This document shows positions 16,320 through 25,748 of a DNA stretch of 60,276 nt, one piece after another. Every line of letters begins with the position of its first letter. Position 1 is the first letter of the stretch. Position numbers and translations under genes: made by a program. The notes beneath the pieces were generated by a model. The model saw nothing but the letters and a program-made list of their open reading frames with translations, was not told where the DNA came from and searched no databases. Source of the stretch: Candidatus Woesearchaeota archaeon. GTDB lineage: Archaea; Nanobdellota; Nanobdellia; Woesearchaeales; JABMPP01. The DNA lies in NCBI GenBank assembly GCA_013202955.1, contig JABMPP010000101.1, forward strand, positions 1-60,276, written 5' to 3'.

Positions 16320-17267
16320 TTATATGTCTTTTAACCCAGATTCTTCCACATAAAATCCACATTCTCCCTCGGGCAGATTTGGTGAATCCACTAATTTAGC
16401 AACCCTGCTTCCTTTTTTCCCTTTTCTTAGATATAATCTAAATGTTGATGCATGGGCAACAATGTGACCACCAATGGCTTGTGTTGGGTCGCCAAAGAAA
16501 ACATCTGGTTTTGCCATTACCTGGTTTGTGACAAAAACACACAGATTATATTTATCAGCAAGCTTTAATAGAACGTGCATATGTTTGTTCAATTTCTGCT
16601 GCCGTTCAGCTAATGTCCCTCTTCCTATAAATTCTGCTCTGAAATGAGCAATAAGAGAGTCAACAACAATCAATTTGACGTTCATTCCCTGTTTTTTTAT
16701 CAAATCCTCAATTTTTTCTGCTAACAACATTTGATGATCTGAATTAAATGCTCTTGCTACTTTTATGCTTTTCAATATTTTATCAGGATCTAATTTAGCG
16801 CCTTTGGCTAACTGTTGTATTCTTTCAGGCCTGAATGTGTTTTCAGTATCAATATAAACAGCAATAGGTTTCTTCTCTTTTTCAAGTAATTGGACATTTA
16901 CTGATAATATGTGTCCAATCTGTGTTTTTCCTGAACCAAATTCTCCAAATGCTTCTACAATAGCCCCTGTTTCAAATCCACCACCAAGCAATTCATCAAA
17001 AGATTTATTCCCAGTTGTTATTTTTTCAACTTTCTCTCTTCTTTTCAACAAATCAGTTCCGGATTCAAAACCCATCTCCAGCGAGCTTCTTGCAGTTGCT
17101 ATTATTTTTTTTGCTGCAGCTGCTGTAACACCTGCAGAGTCAACCAGATCGCCTGGTGAGGCGACTGCAATAGACATAAGATCAGTATAACCTACATTTC
17201 TTAATTTTTCAGAAGTGGCAGCTCCTACTCCTGGTAATGTTTCAATACTCTGTTTTTTCTGTTCCAT
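16320..17267 (-). CDS. radA: DNA repair and recombination protein RadA
   Basis: N-terminal HhH segment ([15 protein letters not shown]), Walker [10 protein letters not shown], and overall RadA/Rad51 layout. Confidence 0.93.
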   Translation of the reverse strand: MEQKKQSIETLPGVGAATSEKLRNVGYTDLMSIAVASPGDLVDSAGVTAAAAKKIIATARSSLEMGFESGTDLLKRREKVEKITTGNKSFDELLGGGFETGAIVEAFGEFGSGKTQIGHILSVNVQLLEKEKKPIAVYIDTENTFRPERIQQLAKGAKLDPDKILKSIKVARAFNSDHQMLLAEKIEDLIKKQGMNVKLIVVDSLIAHFRAEFIGRGTLAERQQKLNKHMHVLLKLADKYNLCVFVTNQVMAKPDVFFGDPTQAIGGHIVAHASTFRLYLRKGKKGSRVAKLVDSPNLPEGECGFYVEESGLKDI

Positions 17268-17314
17268 TATATACACCTCGTATTAGGAAAAAAGGGAAAG
17301 ATAAAAATCTTTCC

Positions 17315-17602
17315 TTAAACAACCATTTCTTCCCCAACTTCAACATCAAGGTTTTTTAGCACTAAATGTTCATATGCTTTGTTCAAAACCAGTGATGCTT
17401 TTGGCAGGTCATTTACTCTTAATGAGTTTGTTGACTGCCATTCATCGTTTTTGTCCTTATACCTTCTTTGCAGGCTTATTGTTCTAAATTCAGTTGGTTC
17501 GCCTGTCTTTGTTTTGCCCTCATTTACCCACACAGCAGCAGATATTGCTCCTGTTGTGAATCTTTTTTCAGGCATTTTTTTTTCTTCAGCCATTTTCATC
17601 AC
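17315..17602 (-). CDS. small putative ssDNA-binding protein (PC4/YdbC-like), tentative
   Basis: ISAAVWVNEGKTKTGEPTEFRTISLQRRYKDKNDEWQSTNSLRVNDLP resembles PC4/YdbC-type folds. It lies between radA and RPA. The call rests on weak recall only. Confidence 0.35.
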   Translation of the reverse strand: MMKMAEEKKMPEKRFTTGAISAAVWVNEGKTKTGEPTEFRTISLQRRYKDKNDEWQSTNSLRVNDLPKASLVLNKAYEHLVLKNLDVEVGEEMVV

Positions 17603-17635
17603 CTATCAAAAATTTTTAAAATTATTGGAGATGCT

Positions 17636-17652
17636 GGAAATCTTTGATTTCC
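17636..17652. promoter_or_regulatory. perfect inverted repeat GGAAATC-TTT-GATTTCC upstream of the 17315-17602 gene
   Basis: Read directly. It lies 34-50 nt upstream of the ATG at 17602. Further GATTTC(C/T) copies occur at ~17710 and ~17731. Confidence 0.35.
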
Positions 17653-17924
17653 ATCACCTATTATAATTTTGATATTATTGTTTTTTTAGTTTTTTAAATG
17701 GGTTTCCCGGGATTTCTCGTGGATCTTTCATGATTTCCAAAATAACCCAAAATATTTTTGGAAGAATAATTAAATAAGAAATATTTTCTGAAGATCCTTT
17801 GTGTTTTTCCAAAAATTCTCAATTTAATCACCCTTGCTATTCGCTTTTATTTCAATGGGTGAATTAAAGAAAGGATATTATTCTTTAAATAGTCTGTGTG
17901 AGAATTTGTCCAGTGTCCAGTGGT

Positions 17925-19022
17925 CTAAATTTCATCAATAGAAGGAATCTTTTTTTCCTGCTCTTCTTCAACAGCTGGTTCAACAACTGTTTCTTTTTTT
18001 TCTTCAATAATAACAGCAGGTGCTTCATTTATGATATCTTCTTTTTCTTCAGCAGCCACTTGCTTTTCTACAGGTGCTTCTTTTACTTCTTCAGCATTTT
18101 CTGTTAATCTTTTTATCTCTTCATCAGGGTTTATATCAGTAAAAACCATGTTTGCAATAAACTCTAATCTATCGAACATCTCGTTTTTTGTCACTCTTCC
18201 TTTGAATTTAATAATATTTCCCATGAGTTCTGTTTTCATCTCCTCAAATGTTTCAGGAGCATCCTTGTAAGCCATTACTTCATCATGTGTTTTAGTAAGA
18301 AGCTTTTGAACCTGGTTTCCAAAGCAAACAACTCTTAGATTATCAGTTCCGTCATCAACAAAAGTATTGATAACATATGATGTTACACTTCCCTCACCCT
18401 GTTTTCTCTCAAAAAACCTAGGATCAAATAGCTGTACAACAGTTCCAACAATCTCAACATTATCATCAGTCTCTACAAGATTCTTTATTGTTTTTCTTTT
18501 TGGAGCATTACTTATCACATTATCTACTTTTTCCCCAGAAGGATTTATCGCAAAAGTGCTTTTATCATTAAGATGAATCTCTTTTCTTCCATTATTATCT
18601 CTGACATAACCATTTGTTATTTTAACAACATCATCTGCGTTCAGATTTTCAATATTGCTTACCTGGTCATTCCAAAGCACAATTCTTATGCTTCCTGTAT
18701 CATCAGCCATAACAAAAGAACCTACTTTTCCCTGCCTGTTTGCAGTTGTAAATTCTCTTATATCAAACACTTGTTGAACTTTCCCAACAGTCTCTATATT
18801 TCTCATTCCGCTAAGTGCCTTGTTTATCTTGATTTTTCCTGTCACACTGTCAAAAAGCTTAACTCCAAGCTCATTTGCAATAATATGAGCAGCACCCTCT
18901 TTAGAAATAAGACCAGAAAGCTGATCCATCTTCTTCTTTATCTTGTCATTTATAACTTCTGTTGATAAATTACTTGTTTCCTCTATTTTCTTCAGTATAT
19001 CCTCAAAAGGCATATTAATCAT
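17925..19022 (-). CDS. rpa: replication protein A (RPA, OB-fold ssDNA-binding protein) with acidic C-terminal tail
   Basis: The N-terminus ...DQLSGLISKEGAAHIIANELGVKL is typical of archaeal RPA. Two OB-like segments follow, then a C-terminal Glu-rich tail. Confidence 0.8.
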   Translation of the reverse strand: MINMPFEDILKKIEETSNLSTEVINDKIKKKMDQLSGLISKEGAAHIIANELGVKLFDSVTGKIKINKALSGMRNIETVGKVQQVFDIREFTTANRQGKVGSFVMADDTGSIRIVLWNDQVSNIENLNADDVVKITNGYVRDNNGRKEIHLNDKSTFAINPSGEKVDNVISNAPKRKTIKNLVETDDNVEIVGTVVQLFDPRFFERKQGEGSVTSYVINTFVDDGTDNLRVVCFGNQVQKLLTKTHDEVMAYKDAPETFEEMKTELMGNIIKFKGRVTKNEMFDRLEFIANMVFTDINPDEEIKRLTENAEEVKEAPVEKQVAAEEKEDIINEAPAVIIEEKKETVVEPAVEEEQEKKIPSIDEI

Positions 19023-19118
19023 TAGTAACCCCTAAAACCAGAACCTTATTTTCTTTTTTATATTTTATGGTTTTTAAAAATAGGTTTTAGAAAATGCTAA
19101 TAGGAGTGGCATCTTTAT

Positions 19119-19952
19119 CTATATAAATCCAAGAGCAAACCCAATTGTTATGTTCCTGAACTTATTCTCACCCTCATCATAATCATAAACAGAAAAAACA
19201 TCACCAGTTTTAACAGAAAAACTCACAAATCTCTCTTCAGTGCATTTATCATTTGGAATATTGGAGCTATTACCACATCCAACAACCTCCCACTCAACAC
19301 CATCTTGTTTATACTCTTGTATTTTTGTGTTTATACATCCCATAAACCCATCCACATCAAAACAACTCCAAATTAACTCAGTAGATTGTGTTTTTAGTTT
19401 ATCATAAATAGATAAATCATAATCCATCTCTGTTGTGAATGAAGGCTTTATCGAATATGTTATGTTGCTCTTGTTTAAAAAAATATTTCTTGTGGCAATT
19501 CCTGTTATTTTTGTTTTCCCAACAACAAAATCATAGTTGTTTAATGATATGTTGTATGGGGTTATCCTTAATTGTTCATCCAGGTTATACTCAAAAAATC
19601 CAATAAATGAGTTATAAACATCTGGGAAGCATTCATCTGTTGAGTTTTTCCATACTTTTACTCCCATATATTCACCACAACCTTGTTCATAAAAAAAACC
19701 GGAATTTTTTCCTAAATCATACACACTCTGTTTAGCAGCAAATTTTGAGGCTAGATCAACATACAATAATACTTTTTCACCTTGATTATAAATATTAAAA
19801 AGTTTGAATTGCCTTTCACCTATAACCAAATCATTCCCCTTTTCATCTCTAAACTTGGCTTTTTTTTCACTAACAACAATTAATCCAGAAATTAAGATAA
19901 CTATGCTTATGAGAACCAATCCAATACTAAATATATGTGCTTTTTTATTCAT
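19119..19952 (-). CDS. pilin-like/N-terminally anchored protein, last gene of giant operon
   Basis: MNKKAHIFSIGLVLISIVILISGLIVV. The start overlaps the upstream stop. Confidence 0.6.
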   Translation of the reverse strand: MNKKAHIFSIGLVLISIVILISGLIVVSEKKAKFRDEKGNDLVIGERQFKLFNIYNQGEKVLLYVDLASKFAAKQSVYDLGKNSGFFYEQGCGEYMGVKVWKNSTDECFPDVYNSFIGFFEYNLDEQLRITPYNISLNNYDFVVGKTKITGIATRNIFLNKSNITYSIKPSFTTEMDYDLSIYDKLKTQSTELIWSCFDVDGFMGCINTKIQEYKQDGVEWEVVGCGNSSNIPNDKCTEERFVSFSVKTGDVFSVYDYDEGENKFRNITIGFALGFI

Positions 19953-20539
19953 TTTGTCTGAATACCAGGCGTTCCTCTAAATTCAATAACCTTGAGATTT
20001 ACTTTAACCTTTTCTTCATAACCTATTGGAACAGGAATGAATAATTCACTTTCTATTAAAGAACCTTCATCACACATTCTATAATCTCTCATCTCTTCTA
20101 TCTCATTTGAGAATCCTTTTTTTTTGTAAGAAAATGTTTTTTCCTCTTCATCCTTCAAAATATTAAACTCAACCCCACAAAAAAACCCTCTTTGATTATC
20201 CCAAAGCATGCTCAGAATCTTTTTTGTTTTCTCCATTAATAATTTGTATGCTTCTGAGTCATCATCCTCAAGATTAGTAAAAACAACCAACTCACCAACA
20301 GTCATATTTTCTTTTATATTATCATTATTAATATCAATCTCAACAGGAGATCTTACAAAATTAATCAGTGTTGTTCTAACATTCATGTCACTTCCCTCAC
20401 TGCTGATTGTTTCTGTTATTCCCCCTTTCACAAACTGGAAAAGTATAGCAAATATAATTATAACAAACACCCATGCACCATATGCATAAAAATCAACTAA
20501 TATGCTTCCAACTGAACCTTTTTTTCCTTTCATTTTCAT
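19949..20539 (-). CDS. N-terminally anchored protein, operon member
   Basis: MKMKGKKGSVGSILVDFYAYGAWVFVIIIFAILF. There are 4-nt overlaps on both sides. Confidence 0.6.
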   Translation of the reverse strand: MKMKGKKGSVGSILVDFYAYGAWVFVIIIFAILFQFVKGGITETISSEGSDMNVRTTLINFVRSPVEIDINNDNIKENMTVGELVVFTNLEDDDSEAYKLLMEKTKKILSMLWDNQRGFFCGVEFNILKDEEEKTFSYKKKGFSNEIEEMRDYRMCDEGSLIESELFIPVPIGYEEKVKVNLKVIEFRGTPGIQTK

Positions 20540-21054
20540 CTGTTTTGAATTATCATCATAACATTTAATGTTCCTTCTAATGTTCTATTTCCATCTTTTA
20601 TAACCACATAAAGCTCCTTTTCTTTTCCCTTAACTCCTCCCAATCCTTTTGTAAATCCTGCTTCCAGTAAAACCTCTTTTTCAATGAAAAAATCTCTGTT
20701 ATACATTATTTCCTCATTTATACTTCCATTAAAATCTTTTAATGATATTCTTGCTCCAACATCTCTATTTTCTTCACCATAATATATTAGGTTATCAAGA
20801 TCAGTACTCTTAAACTTATCAAAATCAACCATTCCAGGATACAATCTTCCTGTTACTTCATCAAAATATGAAAAATGATTTCCATAAACCAATCTTTGGA
20901 AAAATACTTCTGCCTGAGCATCAAAAACATCTATTTCTGTTTTTATATTTGCACCCAACAACACGACTATTGAAAGAACCACAACTATAAGAAACCCAAG
21001 TCTCGGCAGAAACGCAAGCAGGTTAAGTGTGAACATTGCTCTTTTGTTTTTCAT
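20536..21054 (-). CDS. N-terminally anchored protein, operon member
   Basis: MKNKRAMFTLNLLAFLPRLGFLIVVVLSIVVLLG. Confidence 0.6.
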   Translation of the reverse strand: MKNKRAMFTLNLLAFLPRLGFLIVVVLSIVVLLGANIKTEIDVFDAQAEVFFQRLVYGNHFSYFDEVTGRLYPGMVDFDKFKSTDLDNLIYYGEENRDVGARISLKDFNGSINEEIMYNRDFFIEKEVLLEAGFTKGLGGVKGKEKELYVVIKDGNRTLEGTLNVMMIIQNR

Positions 21055-21056
21055 TT

Positions 21057-22070
21057 TTACTCAAAATAATCTTTTATTCCATCAATTATTGATAATGCTG
21101 TTTTGTCTTTTTTATTTAGGATATCTTTATCAGCTTGAATATTTCCAAGCTCTAACAACACAGATACTGGTTTTTGAAGAATAATATCTTCTGATGGTAT
21201 TATTGAAGCACCAGTGATATCATCATATTCATCCAGCAAGGAATTTATTATGTTGCATGCGAGTTTTACGCTTTTCTTGCTCTCAAAAGGCACAAACGCC
21301 TTTATGTTGTTTATCTCTTCATCATCTTCTCCCACGTGCATACTTATTAAAATATTTGAGGAAGATTGTCCAATCACCAATAACCTTTTATCCATTGGTC
21401 TCTCAGAATCATACCTTACATCTCTTGTGAACTCAACAAAAAAACCCTCATCTTTCATATCTTCCATATACAAACCAAAAACTCTTGCTATCTGTTGTGT
21501 TATCTTTGATTCGTTTAATGCATCATTTGTGTTTACAAAGCCAGAATCACTCCCACCATGTCCTGCATCAATTATCATTCTCTTTTTATCTTCTTTTGTT
21601 TCAACAACAGGGCAATCAATCTTGTTTAGGTTTTCCTTTATATCTCCTCCAATCCTTAATCTATTTGAGGATCTGATGAATATTAGCTCTCCTGTTCTCA
21701 TAAACCCAATACTTAGAGGAGAAAAGAATATTTTGTTGTCAGCATATGGAAATTTAATTGTTTGTTCTCCATTTTCTTCCAGAACTCCTGCTCTTTGCTC
21801 ATTAAAACCAAAGCTAAAATCCAATAAATCTATGCTTCCAAAAGAATAACCAACATTAATCTTTCCAGGAGCAGCATAAACAGAATCAACCATTAAAGCA
21901 ACATCTCTTGCAAGATAATTCTTTTCCAGTAATGTGTTATCTCTTATTGAGTTAACATAAGCAAGCAGAATAACAAAAACCATCACTGTTAATATTAGCT
22001 CAGCAATAAAAAAGAAAAGCTCTTCATTTACTTCACCCTTTTTCGAACTAAATAACCCTCTTTTTCTCAT
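21057..22070 (-). CDS. membrane-anchored N-acetylmuramoyl-L-alanine amidase (Amidase_3-like catalytic domain)
   Basis: N-terminus MRKRGLFSSKKGEVNEELFFFIAELILTVMVFVILLAYV. The C-terminal domain has MIIDAGHGGSDSGF (Zn His), NESKI (Glu), ILISMHVG (His) and LLELGNIQADKD...ALSIIDGIKDYF, the complete signature of MurNAc-LAA. Confidence 0.7.
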   Translation of the reverse strand: MRKRGLFSSKKGEVNEELFFFIAELILTVMVFVILLAYVNSIRDNTLLEKNYLARDVALMVDSVYAAPGKINVGYSFGSIDLLDFSFGFNEQRAGVLEENGEQTIKFPYADNKIFFSPLSIGFMRTGELIFIRSSNRLRIGGDIKENLNKIDCPVVETKEDKKRMIIDAGHGGSDSGFVNTNDALNESKITQQIARVFGLYMEDMKDEGFFVEFTRDVRYDSERPMDKRLLVIGQSSSNILISMHVGEDDEEINNIKAFVPFESKKSVKLACNIINSLLDEYDDITGASIIPSEDIILQKPVSVLLELGNIQADKDILNKKDKTALSIIDGIKDYFE

Positions 22071-22111
22071 AACATAGAATCTGTTGTAAATTGTATATAT
22101 AAATTTTGCTT

Positions 22112-23305
22112 TTAACTCTCTGGACACAACTCATCTTCAGGCATATTTTCTAGAATCCCAACAGAATCAATATATTTTTTGAAATGAATAATCTTTTCTC
22201 CTGTAATCTGGAAAAAAGTATCACTTAGAAACTCAGCAGGAACATCTTCATGCACATATAATGCATCAATAACAGCTGTTTCAAATTCAGGAAATCTATT
22301 CTCAACAATTTCAGTATTCAAGCCCTCATTTACTATTTCTATGGATTCAGGATCTTCTAGGGTTATTTTATCATATCCAACAGTTATTGTGTAATTTTTT
22401 GGTAGTTTTATAGGTAAAGAGCTACAATAACAACTTTCACTACTCTCATTTATATTTCTGGAAACACATTCATCAAAAGAATCCAGTATTTTCTTAAACT
22501 CAAGATACGCCTTGATATTTGAGCTTCTCTTTTTAATGTCATCAGTTCTTAAAGTTATCAAAATATTTATTTTATTATCATCTCTTTCAAATTTTTCCAA
22601 ATAAACTGTTTGTGTTCCCCACGACTCTTCACATCCAATATCACCGTCGCTACTATATTCTCCATATCTGAATAAATAGCTGTAAGGAACATCTACATCT
22701 TGCAATGACATATTATAAGAATCTATGATTGAATCTGAATCCCATTTTACATAGGAATTCCATGTACTTCCTTCTGATGTTCTCCATTCTTTATTAAAAA
22801 GTCCTGTTAAAGATATGCTTCGCCTGAAAAAAACAATATCTTCATCAAACATCTTACAATCAACTGGTCCACCCTCTTCAATATTAAAATTATTTCCTAG
22901 TCTTTGATTATAATTAAAAATACAAATGCATGCATTCTCCCCACAAATAAAAGGTTTTTCCAGTATTTCTCCTGCCCCACATTCAGTTCTAACCGTATCA
23001 TCTCCAGCAAACTTCTTACTTCTCAGAGTAGAATCCCATTCTTTGTCAAATCCAACTATAACATATTCTTCTTCAACATTTAATGGAGTAATTTTAGACT
23101 CAAATCTTTCATCATTTCTAAGAAGATCCTGGATATTATAATACAAGTCATTAAGATTTGTTCTGGAAGCCAATCCCTCTGGCTCTTCTTCTATTATCGG
23201 AGTACATTTTATAAACAGAGCTAATGAGAAAAGAACAATAACAATTCCATATCCAAGGCCGCCTGCGTCAGTAACACCAATCCCTTTTTTAAAGAATTTC
23301 TTCAT
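22112..23305 (-). CDS. N-terminally anchored protein, operon member
   Basis: The internal Met gives MKKFFKKGIGVTDAGGLGYGIVIVLFSLALFI. ~397 aa with scattered Cys. Confidence 0.6.
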   Translation of the reverse strand: MKKFFKKGIGVTDAGGLGYGIVIVLFSLALFIKCTPIIEEEPEGLASRTNLNDLYYNIQDLLRNDERFESKITPLNVEEEYVIVGFDKEWDSTLRSKKFAGDDTVRTECGAGEILEKPFICGENACICIFNYNQRLGNNFNIEEGGPVDCKMFDEDIVFFRRSISLTGLFNKEWRTSEGSTWNSYVKWDSDSIIDSYNMSLQDVDVPYSYLFRYGEYSSDGDIGCEESWGTQTVYLEKFERDDNKINILITLRTDDIKKRSSNIKAYLEFKKILDSFDECVSRNINESSESCYCSSLPIKLPKNYTITVGYDKITLEDPESIEIVNEGLNTEIVENRFPEFETAVIDALYVHEDVPAEFLSDTFFQITGEKIIHFKKYIDSVGILENMPEDELCPES

Positions 23306-23310
23306 CTTTT

Positions 23311-23733
23311 TTACCCAAACAAACCAGGTTCTTTGCATTCAACTGTTTCTGTTAAAGTTATGCTATACTCAATCTCTTCAGCACAGCAATAATCATTATA
23401 CTCAGATTTTGCTACATATTTGCATTTAGCTATGTCTGCATCATCTTTATCCTTATCACACGCATCAGGAATTTTATCACCATCAGCATCTTCCTCATTA
23501 TTCCCACCAAGACAATCATCATATTTATCACATATATTGTCATTATCATTATCCACTACATCTTCATCATCTTCACAACTACTTATCTCAATATCTGAAA
23601 TAGCAGATTTTGTGAAATCCATAGCAAACAAAGTCCCCCCAGATAAAAAATAAATAGCAAAGCCCACCACAGCAAATACCAAAATAAAATCTCCTATTGT
23701 TCTCAACATTGACGCGGCTTTTTTCATTTTCAT
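23311..23733 (-). CDS. pilin-like protein with Asp-rich thrombospondin-type-3-like Ca-binding repeats
   Basis: MKMKKAASMLRTIGDFILVFAVVGFAIYFL, then DNDNDNICDKYDDC...DADGDKIPDACDKDKDD. Confidence 0.6.
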   Translation of the reverse strand: MKMKKAASMLRTIGDFILVFAVVGFAIYFLSGGTLFAMDFTKSAISDIEISSCEDDEDVVDNDNDNICDKYDDCLGGNNEEDADGDKIPDACDKDKDDADIAKCKYVAKSEYNDYCCAEEIEYSITLTETVECKEPGLFG

Positions 23734-23954
23734 CATGTTATGCTTATACAACAAACCTCCTCATTCTCACACCCTGCTAACAACAGTGTTTTTCCATTAC
23801 AGTCTTCTGTGCAGCTTCCACCTCTTTCCTCGCAATTGTTTGACTGTTCAAAAAGAGAAAATTTGTCATAAACTAAAAATAATAATACCCCAACAACTGC
23901 TAAAACAAGCACAAACTTGATTATTGTTTCTATTGTCATATCAGCTTTTTTCAT
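23733..23954 (-). CDS. 6-Cys mini-pilin (class III signal plus Cys knot)
   Basis: MKKADMTIETIIKFVLVLAVVGVLLFLVY...CEERGGSCTEDCNGKTLLLAGCENEEVCC. Confidence 0.65.
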   Translation of the reverse strand: MKKADMTIETIIKFVLVLAVVGVLLFLVYDKFSLFEQSNNCEERGGSCTEDCNGKTLLLAGCENEEVCCISIT

Positions 23955-24238
23955 CTTTCCAGTGGCAGACAGCATTGTCCAAACCCTTTTCCTTCTTCCT
24001 TAGTCCCATTATAATTATAATAAGCACAGTCTTTTGCAAGAACCTTTATTGGGTAAGAAGATTCATCACATTTTCCGCTTGTTGAACATTTTCCACCCTG
24101 TTCATCACATGTTCCTCCAACATTGCTGCTGAATATCTTTACCTTGTCAGTAAATATTGCTAAAAGAACAACAAGCACAACTAACCCAATTGCCGCAACT
24201 ATTAGAATATTTATTGTTAAATCCGCTTTTTTCTTCAT
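23951..24238 (-). CDS. 6-Cys mini-pilin
   Basis: MKKKADLTINILIVAAIGLVVLVVLLAIF...CDEQGGKCSTSGKCDES...DCAYY...GQCC. Confidence 0.65.
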   Translation of the reverse strand: MKKKADLTINILIVAAIGLVVLVVLLAIFTDKVKIFSSNVGGTCDEQGGKCSTSGKCDESSYPIKVLAKDCAYYNYNGTKEEGKGFGQCCLPLER

Positions 24239-24260
24239 TTTAACCTCATTATTTATTTTT

Positions 24261-24722
24261 TTATGTAAAACCTAATTCAAAATCAACCTGCTTTAATAAT
24301 AAATCAACATCTTCTGAGTTTTCATCTTCCCCAAGCTCTTTTTTATACTTTAAAAGAAGTTTTTTTGCCTGTATATAATGTTCTGCATTAAAATCTGCTT
24401 CTCCAAGGAAAAAAAGCTCTTCCTTAGTTAGTTTTAACTGCTCTTGGATTTTTTCATTTGGAAAGCATCCAACAAATTCATTATGCAGTTCAGCAGATGC
24501 AACACTTTGTTTGTTTTTTATTGACTCCTTAATATTTGTTTTATAATAACTATATGTTTTCTCTGTTTCAATACATTTTGTGATTATTCCTTCTGCTACC
24601 CTGGATGTATCTCTTATTCCACCAAGATTAATATAAAAAGCTAAACTCAATGTAGCCAAAACTAGTATTATTGCACCAATCTCTTTAGGTCCTACTGCAC
24701 CTTTGTTCCCAATCATTTTCAT
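24261..24722 (-). CDS. pilin-like N-terminus, helical C-terminal domain, operon member
   Basis: MKMIGNKGAVGPKEIGAIILVLATLSLAFYI. Confidence 0.6.
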   Translation of the reverse strand: MKMIGNKGAVGPKEIGAIILVLATLSLAFYINLGGIRDTSRVAEGIITKCIETEKTYSYYKTNIKESIKNKQSVASAELHNEFVGCFPNEKIQEQLKLTKEELFFLGEADFNAEHYIQAKKLLLKYKKELGEDENSEDVDLLLKQVDFELGFT

Positions 24723-24877
24723 ATAAGTCTCTCAAATATATCAAGATTGTTTGACATGTATAACCATAAAATTCCCACAAGCACCATAAGAACCGCACCC
24801 AATATTACCCAAAAAATTGTCTGTCCAGTGAATTCCATTCCCCAAAATGCTTTTTTATTAAATCCCATTTTATTCAT
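24719..24877 (-). CDS. 52-aa single-TM protein (below ORF-track cutoff), operon member
   Basis: Manual translation gives MNKMGFNKKAFWGMEFTGQTIFWVILGAVLMVLVGILWLYMSNNLDIFERLI. Its stop overlaps the next start as ATGA. Confidence 0.5.
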   Translation of the reverse strand: MNKMGFNKKAFWGMEFTGQTIFWVILGAVLMVLVGILWLYMSNNLDIFERLI

Positions 24878-24901
24878 ATTGTATCCTAAACTATATATTT
24901 T

Positions 24902-25747
24902 TTATCTATTCCTCTCTTGTCCAACAGGAAGGTATGTGCAGCTTAGATTATATAAAATCTCTGGAATATAAGGTGTTAACACTAAACTTGAGTTCCAATC
25001 AGCTGTTTTGTCACTTCCCATGGTATAACCCAATATAGCTCCACTTGCACCACCAGCTGCTCCAGCAACCCCAACTAAAGCGGATCCACCACCTGTAAAA
25101 GGTATTAATGCAGCACCAAAAATTATTGTACCTAGACTTCCACCCAAAGCTCCTGATGCCCATTTTGACATATATCCTTCTTTTCCATACACAAACAATG
25201 TTGAATAATCCATTTCAGTGTTTATGTCAGGAAAAATTGTTTGTGTTGGCTCGCTCTCATCATATGTTGAATACCCAACAAAGAACTCCTCAAAACTCAT
25301 CTCACCTGTTGGAATATTATGTGTTTTTAGGTATCTCCTAAATCTGTCCGAGCTTATCTTCTTTTCTTTGTCTCCAAACTCAATAACACTGCACACTGCA
25401 CAATGTTTTTCCTCTTTATAATCATTTGAAAATAGGTTTAATTCTCCTCTATGAAACTGGTCAAAGCATTTATACATTGCCATAGCTATCTTATCCATTA
25501 TTATCTCATCATCACTTTCAGGAATAACTAAATTCTCACTTGGACAGTTTATCTCAGAGCCAAACTCCATTCCCAATGATCTTGATTTTGAGTATGCAAA
25601 AACAGTTGATTTGCAGATTGCTGTTCCTAATTTTTCATCCTTTAATTTATCAACTCTTGCTTGAAATAACATCAAAACAAGCATAAGTGCTAATACAACA
25701 ATCAATCCAATAACCATTTGCATAGATATGTCTGCTCTTTTCTTCAT
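24902..25747 (-). CDS. pilin-like N-terminus, Cys-containing domain, Gly-zipper C-terminal segment (paralog A)
   Basis: MKKRADISMQMVIGLIVVLALMLVLMLF; CPSENL; CAVCSVIEF. C-terminus: GALGGSLGTIIFGAALIPFTGGGSALVGVAGAAGGASGAILGYTMG. Confidence 0.6.
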   Translation of the reverse strand: MKKRADISMQMVIGLIVVLALMLVLMLFQARVDKLKDEKLGTAICKSTVFAYSKSRSLGMEFGSEINCPSENLVIPESDDEIIMDKIAMAMYKCFDQFHRGELNLFSNDYKEEKHCAVCSVIEFGDKEKKISSDRFRRYLKTHNIPTGEMSFEEFFVGYSTYDESEPTQTIFPDINTEMDYSTLFVYGKEGYMSKWASGALGGSLGTIIFGAALIPFTGGGSALVGVAGAAGGASGAILGYTMGSDKTADWNSSLVLTPYIPEILYNLSCTYLPVGQERNR

Positions 25748-25748
25748 T

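Noticed and set aside
17560-17605. ATGATGA ... CTGA strings as a box C/D sRNA
   Set aside because: They coincide with the start codon region of the 17315-17602 CDS (MMKMAEEKK). The spacing and the absence of terminal pairing do not fit a C/D sRNA.
24747-24971. 74-aa plus-strand ORF in the gap between two operon genes
   Set aside because: The minus strand carries a 52-aa TM protein with ATGA coupling to the next gene, which fits the operon. The plus-strand ORF has no supporting features.
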